A stretch of DNA of 64,000 bases from a virus. Both the position numbers and the translations under genes were made by a program. This document shows positions 58,843-64,000 of this stretch, one piece after another (position 1 is the stretch's first letter; each line of letters begins with the position of its first letter). The stretch covers positions 29,561-93,560 of IMG/VR virus record IMGVR_UViG_3300005336_000001. One strand, given 5' to 3'. The notes beneath the pieces were generated by a model, which made no database searches, had not been told where the DNA came from, and saw only the letters and a program-made list of their open reading frames with translations.

Positions 58843-59480
58843 CTATCTAACCCCAAATCAAAACTCAAACCACGGTAACCCGTAAAACAAAACAACGGCA
58901 AGGAACAACAGTAACTTCTATCCAGTAGATTAGGCCGCATTTAAGCAAACACAGATTAAAACCAATCCAATCTTCAGATAGCAATCATCACCAGACGCAA
59001 ATAAAATAGACAAATGAAACAGGCTTATGGAAACATAGTTACAGGACGATCACTGATCAATTGATAGATGTGTCAGATGAATCTATCAGCCAACATTGGC
59101 GTATCAGACAGTCTAAATACCCTTGTAGACAAAGACAAACATAGATCATCCATAGAAGTGAACTTCTGCATACTTGTGGATATGGATAGATGAGGCTATT
59201 AGCCCATAAGCACATACTAAAGCGCTCGGAGACAACCCGCGAGACATGGCAGACAAACAAGAGCAAGACGATTTATAATTGCTTCTTCATAGATGAGGAG
59301 GATAGATGAGATGAGCAGATGTCTAATCGTCTGCTCTTTTTATACTTCTTGGTCTTACTCTTCCATGATTAACTCAAATGAAGAAGTAACCTAAGAAGAC
59401 AATGCAAAGAACAAAGCTAAGAAGATAAGGTGTGGAAGTAAGAAGTAAGAATAACCTTATTTAGTCAGGTATTGGGGGAC

Positions 59481-59522
59481 GAAAAAACCGCCCAACCCGG
59501 TCAAGGGCTGGACGGTGTTTTT
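59481..59522. terminator. Probable bidirectional terminator
   Basis: AAAAA-ACCGCCCAACCC-GGTCAA-GGGCTGGACGGT-GTTTTT. Confidence 0.65.
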
Positions 59523-59743
59523 CAAACGCGGGTGGCAAAATCCGCTTCTAGCTTTTGCTCAATGGCACGCCAGCTAAAGCCAAATTGTTCTTGTAGTGGG
59601 CCATAACCTAATTGCTTTTGCACGAGCGCCAGCAATGCCAGCAATTCACCATTGGTGAACCGGAGTTCAAAAGGTTTTGCATCGCCTTGTGAAAGTGAGC
59701 GTTCAAGATTTGTCATGGTGGAAGACTTTCATTTGAGCCAATG

Positions 59744-59770
59744 AAAAGGGCGGCATTGCTGCCGCCCTTT
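59744..59770. terminator. Rho-independent terminator after 59784..60320
   Basis: AAAAGGGCGGC-ATTGCT-GCCGCCCTTTT. Confidence 0.85.
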
Positions 59771-59783
59771 ATTGAGTTGACGC

Positions 59784-60320
59784 TTAGGCTTGCACCGTGG
59801 CGTCAGCCGTATCAGGCACCGTAACGGTGACGCTGGCGGCCTCACTGGTGCCAGTAACCGGTTGAACCGGGGTATTGGCCTGCTTGGCGTTGCGCGTACC
59901 CTTGGCCTTTGCTTTGGCCTTGGGTTCACCCTCAGCCGCACCAGCCGCCTCGGCCTTGGCCAGCGCCTTCTCAGCGCGTTCAATGCGCTGCTTGCCCTTG
60001 GCCGTCAGTTCCAGCTTGTAGCAGGTGTGCCCATCCACCTTGGGCGCGGCCACCCGCTTCAAAAATGCATCGGTAATGAAACCGCGCATTTTGTTGAGCT
60101 GCGGAGCGCCGCAAGCGATCTGCATTTGCGCCGCAGTGATACCCGTTTCACGCAGGCCCATGGCAATAGCCAGTGCCTGCTTGCCGGGCCGAGCGCCCAG
60201 CTTGTGAACGGCATCAAGGGTTTCAGCCGTCGGCTTGGGACCGAGCAGCTTGGCCTTTTCACCGGACCAGCCCTTGAAAGTGTCAGCGTAGTGGGTCGCA
60301 GCATTGTTTGAGTTTGTCAT
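59784..60320 (-). CDS. K/A-rich putative DNA-binding protein (winged-helix-like)
   Basis: GAAAGG RBS; GARPGKQALAIAM..GIT..GAPQLN..YKLELTAKGK; KAKAKAK tail. Confidence 0.7.
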   Translation of the reverse strand: MTNSNNAATHYADTFKGWSGEKAKLLGPKPTAETLDAVHKLGARPGKQALAIAMGLRETGITAAQMQIACGAPQLNKMRGFITDAFLKRVAAPKVDGHTCYKLELTAKGKQRIERAEKALAKAEAAGAAEGEPKAKAKAKGTRNAKQANTPVQPVTGTSEAASVTVTVPDTADATVQA

Positions 60321-60956
60321 GGAAGTGACCTTTCACAGAAATGCCAAAGCCTAGGGACGGTTTGCCCCTAGGTCAATTAGCGGGTTAACAATGAGAAACA
60401 GCCCGTCAACGCAACGCGCGTCAACATGCCAAACATAAGCAAACCACCACCAAATTCAAGTGATACAAGTCACACATCTAAAGTTTTTTCATATTTTCAT
60501 TATCACGTATTGTTACAGCGCAAGCACGCTTCCACGCATTCACTTCTATCCATGCATCCAGAGCATAGCAATAGACGTTCATTTCATGTTGCCAAGGCCG
60601 CCCAATAGCCATCCATGGAAGTGGCATCTATCCACCTACCTCAAGAAATAACTCACCAGACGCCAAATGTCGCGGTGTAGGATAGAAGCAACACCCTGTC
60701 TCATCGTAGGGACTAGATAGATGCATCCATCCTTGTATACCAGACGAGTGCATAGAAGCGACAGGTGTCCCAAGACAACCATGAAGAACAAAGCTAAGAG
60801 GATCAATGAAGCCACACACCTATGGAAAAAGGCTAAGAGGATAAGGTGACTCGCTCAGGTATCAGGAAAAACGTCCAGATGACAAAATGGTCCCCCTCCC
60901 CCCATGCCATGGCTATATCCTCCGCCTACGATGCACATAAAAAATTCAAGATGCTT

Positions 60957-63900
60957 CTACGGAAGTGTTTTGCTTGAGTAGTACTTGACCAACCACGCTC
61001 TCACATAGGTAGAAGCATGTGGACCCATAATGGCATCAAAGCGACGCTTCCCGGTGATGCTCAATTCAAATATGTCAATGTCTTCCGGATCATCAATGTC
61101 GTCTCGAAATACAACCCGGTTTTGTGGACTAAGATACGTCCTGAAGTCTGGTGCTACTAGAAAAAAATCACCGGGCAAGTCATAGACAATTTGCCAATAA
61201 AGACACTCTGCTTTTAGAAACTGCAATCCAGTTACTTCCATGATTCTCGTCTCCTCCCCTTAGGACCCACACCAAATATTTGAGATGCTTCTTAGGAAGT
61301 AGCATGACGCACCAACCATGCTTTTATCAGCGCGTAGGCATTACTTCTGTTCAGGCACAGTTCTATCAGCTTTGCGCCTTCATCAGATACGGTCACCACA
61401 TGTTCACTGGGTCTTTGCATGGTTGTCATTTGTGGCACTATTGCCGAAGTCAGTTTTTTGAACTCGTTATAGCCAGATTCATTTGGATACTTCTCACTAT
61501 TGTACATTACATGATGATAGTGGTTGAAAGCCCAAAAAAATTTGACTCTGGGTATGATTGGCATTTCTTGCTTCTATCCATCTACTGATGTGTAGGGGTC
61601 TGCCCCATTCAGTTCCATGACTTTTGCCACGGCCCTGTAATGTGGTCCTTTCAGCGCCTGTACCCTCTTGCATACTGCTTCTGGGAAGTCCCAATCGCCA
61701 TCAGGATTCATTCCTGGTCTTTTCAGGCCAATGAAATGCCAGAAGTAAAAACCTTTGCCGGTGCCGCTGGGGAAGTACACTTTCATAAAATTTGTGTAGG
61801 CGGCACTTACATCTTGGTCGCTTTGGATCATTTGTGAATTCCTGCCTTGGATAGATAATTTTTATTTCAGTTACTTCTTGGGTATGTTTACTTCTAGAGC
61901 CTTAAGCAAGGTGTGACAATGTGGGCCATTCAACATGGCAATCTTGCGGGCCGCTTCTATTGACATGTCGTATCCATCATATGGCACATACATCTTGTTC
62001 TTGGCACCAAGCCAGCCCCAGAATGGGTACCAGTGGCGTTCAGACTTGCCCCAGTATTCAAACCAGCGTGCTTTGGCTGTTTCTACGTCTCGCTTCTTTA
62101 CCTTCATTTTTGACCCTTAGAAGTACGTGGCAATGTAGGCTTTGGTTATTGTGTTGGAATGTGGCCCTGTCAGGTATTGAATTTTCCTGCTGAGTACTTC
62201 GTCACACTGACCTTCGTGCACGAGATAACAAAGGCGTGAGAAGTCCATTTGTAGGTAGTCTTCAAGCTGCGGCCAATTGCCCCCTGAATTGTTCCAGTTG
62301 GCTGCTACCTGAAATATGTCGCTGAAGGATGGTTGTGTCACTTCTTGTACTTTGCTTCTATGGCCTTGAACAGGGTCAAGGTGGTTTTAAGGTCTGGGCT
62401 TGATCGCAATATGAGACGTATCTTGGCAACGTGCATGGGTGAGAGGCCTATTTTCCCACATTGACGATATCTCTGTATTTGTTTGGACGTCACACCAATC
62501 CTTTTGAGGAGCATCTCATCGCAAGAAGTGGAACTGTAGAAGTTCATGGCTGCGTGCCTGATGATGTCGGCTTTTATTTTCATTTTTGCTTCCGTGCAAA
62601 ATAGGCTTTCACTAGTGTCGGCCCATGCGGGCCAACCAGTTGCCTGAACCTGATGTTTTGCTCTTCATCCGTTTTGTCATCAAAACCAATGAATTGCCTA
62701 TAGTGAGACAGCCCATCTGGATAGAAAATGCCTTCTGGCACGTTGTTCCACCAGACTGCCCATGCTGATTTCCCCCATGTTTTTGACACAATCATTTCCA
62801 TTTCTCCTATGGAAGCAATGTTTATATTCAAAGCGGTTTCAAATTTCCATGTTTTGCGAACCATGCCTTGATGATTGTCACGCTATGCGGCCCATTCAGT
62901 TGATTTATTTTGCGTCCTGCATCTTTATCTACCAACATCATGTCTATGTTTACCGAATATTGTGGATCAGGATCTCCTATATAAGCCAAAAAAGTTTCAC
63001 GAGTATGGTAAGGTGCGTACAGATCCCATTTGTCAGCCGCTAATTTCCACTCAAGGTAACCTATCTCAATTTTGTTTCCCACGCTTGGCCTCCTTTGCTT
63101 TAAGAATAGCGTACCAATGTGGTGAATTGAGAAGCATGATCTTTGCCACAGCACTCGGGCGCATCATTAATGGTTCACCACGCATAGAACGAAGTAATCC
63201 AATTCTGGTGACACCCAAATAGCTCGCAAAACTGCCTGTGCCATTATTGTTCATGTTTCCTGTAAATTTTATCCACCTGTTGAAAGCTTCTGCGAAGTGA
63301 ACTCGTTCAACAGGGATTGATTTAATCTTGTTTGGCAAGATACACCCTTATTTCCATGGATTGTTGACGTACCATGCTTTGATGAAAGCGTGGTAGTTGT
63401 GGCCTGATAGCAAAGTAATCCGTTTATGAATGCTCGGGAATACTTCAATAAATTCATCTTCACCTGACCACGCATCTATTGATGTTGGATTGGTATCACC
63501 GGGGTCTATCAGCCTGCAAAAACGCTCCATGGTCACTTCACAATCAATTCCATAGTGAAACTCAATCCAGTTTTCCCAAGCTTTTTCTATCTTGGCCTGT
63601 GCAATCTTCATCATGTCAATCTTGTTTGGCAAGATACACCTTGATCATTGTTTTGTGGTTGTCATTCAATAACATATTTATTCTTTTGCACTGTTCCTCA
63701 GAAATTGCATTGTTGTTTGGATCGCTATAAAATCTGCCCAAGGTAAATCCTAGATAGGCTTCTAGTTGACCATTCAATTCTGTGCCAACTGCATCCTGCC
63801 AATTAAGGATAGCTTTATGAATGTTGAACTGAGTTATCCTCATTTCTTGATCCTTGTTTTGTGGACTGAGATATAAGCTTTCCAATTGTCACTTAGAAGC

Positions 63901-64000
63901 ATACCCAACCTTTTCAAACCATCGTTGTTGACTTTGAATGAGCCAGTCCAAGTGGTGGATATGGCATCCATAGGATCTGTTTTTAGAAATTTCCAAAAAG
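60957..64000 (-). repeat. Cluster 3 of GPH-motif paralogues (12 CDS: 60957-61241, 61292-61564, 61574-61831, 61871-62107, 62117-62341, 62338-62583, 62580-62864, 62828-63082, 63066-63338, 63348-63632, 63616-63843, partial 63840-64000)
   Basis: IMGPHASTYVRAW, LKGPHYRAVAKV, LNGPHCHTLLKAL, LTGPHSNTITKAY, LVGPHGPTLVKAY, LNGPHSVTIIKAW, LNSPHWYAILKAK, LSGHNYHAFIKAW, LLSDNWKAYI. Confidence 0.85.

Noticed and set aside
1-64000. Genome-wide TAG reassignment
   Set aside because: Core genes are full length in the standard code and several end properly in TAG (2586, 3766, 21170).
57156-64000. Diversity-generating retroelement behind the GPH family
   Set aside because: There is no reverse transcriptase and no near-identical template/variable repeat pair in the window; the similarity is visible only at protein level.
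6200-64000. Most plus-strand ORFs in the track (e.g. 13439, 23681, 25328, 49447, 51553, 59790)
   Set aside because: They are antisense to well-supported minus-strand genes and lack an RBS or recognisable motifs.

Overview
This window is part of a large, apparently lytic dsDNA tailed-phage genome. The host is probably an alphaproteobacterium (Rhizobiales/Bradyrhizobium-like), judged from a GcrA homologue and a rhizobial-type secreted Cys/His protein. Bases 1-5.9 kb (+) hold the end of a Gly-rich tail protein and a lysis cassette. Bases 6-32.6 kb (-) hold a replication/recombination module: GcrA, SbcC/SbcD, TerC/TerB, resolvase, RecA, dCTP deaminase, SSB, UvsY-like protein, clamp loader, UDG-fused family A polymerase, sliding clamp, DNA MTase, primase, SNF2 and DnaB helicases. 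Bases 32.6-64 kb (-) are an early/accessory region of small genes with tRNA-Pro and tRNA-Gln. Best candidate for an undescribed system (24.3-25.2 kb): an atypical tRNA with an 8-nt anticodon loop (UCUA) lies just upstream of a leader ORF AUG-UCU-UAGA-UUA-CCA-CGA-GGG-CCA-CCU-CCC-UAA. The leader yields an RGPP arrest motif only if UAGA is read as a quadruplet, and it overlaps a hairpin that hides the Shine-Dalgarno of the next gene. Other highlights: about 29 small proteins sharing only a C-terminal L-x-G-P-H...K-A motif, about 20 covarying intergenic hairpin/RBS elements, and a putative sRNA whose loop is the exact antisense of that shared RBS. All calls were made by eye; no searches were run.
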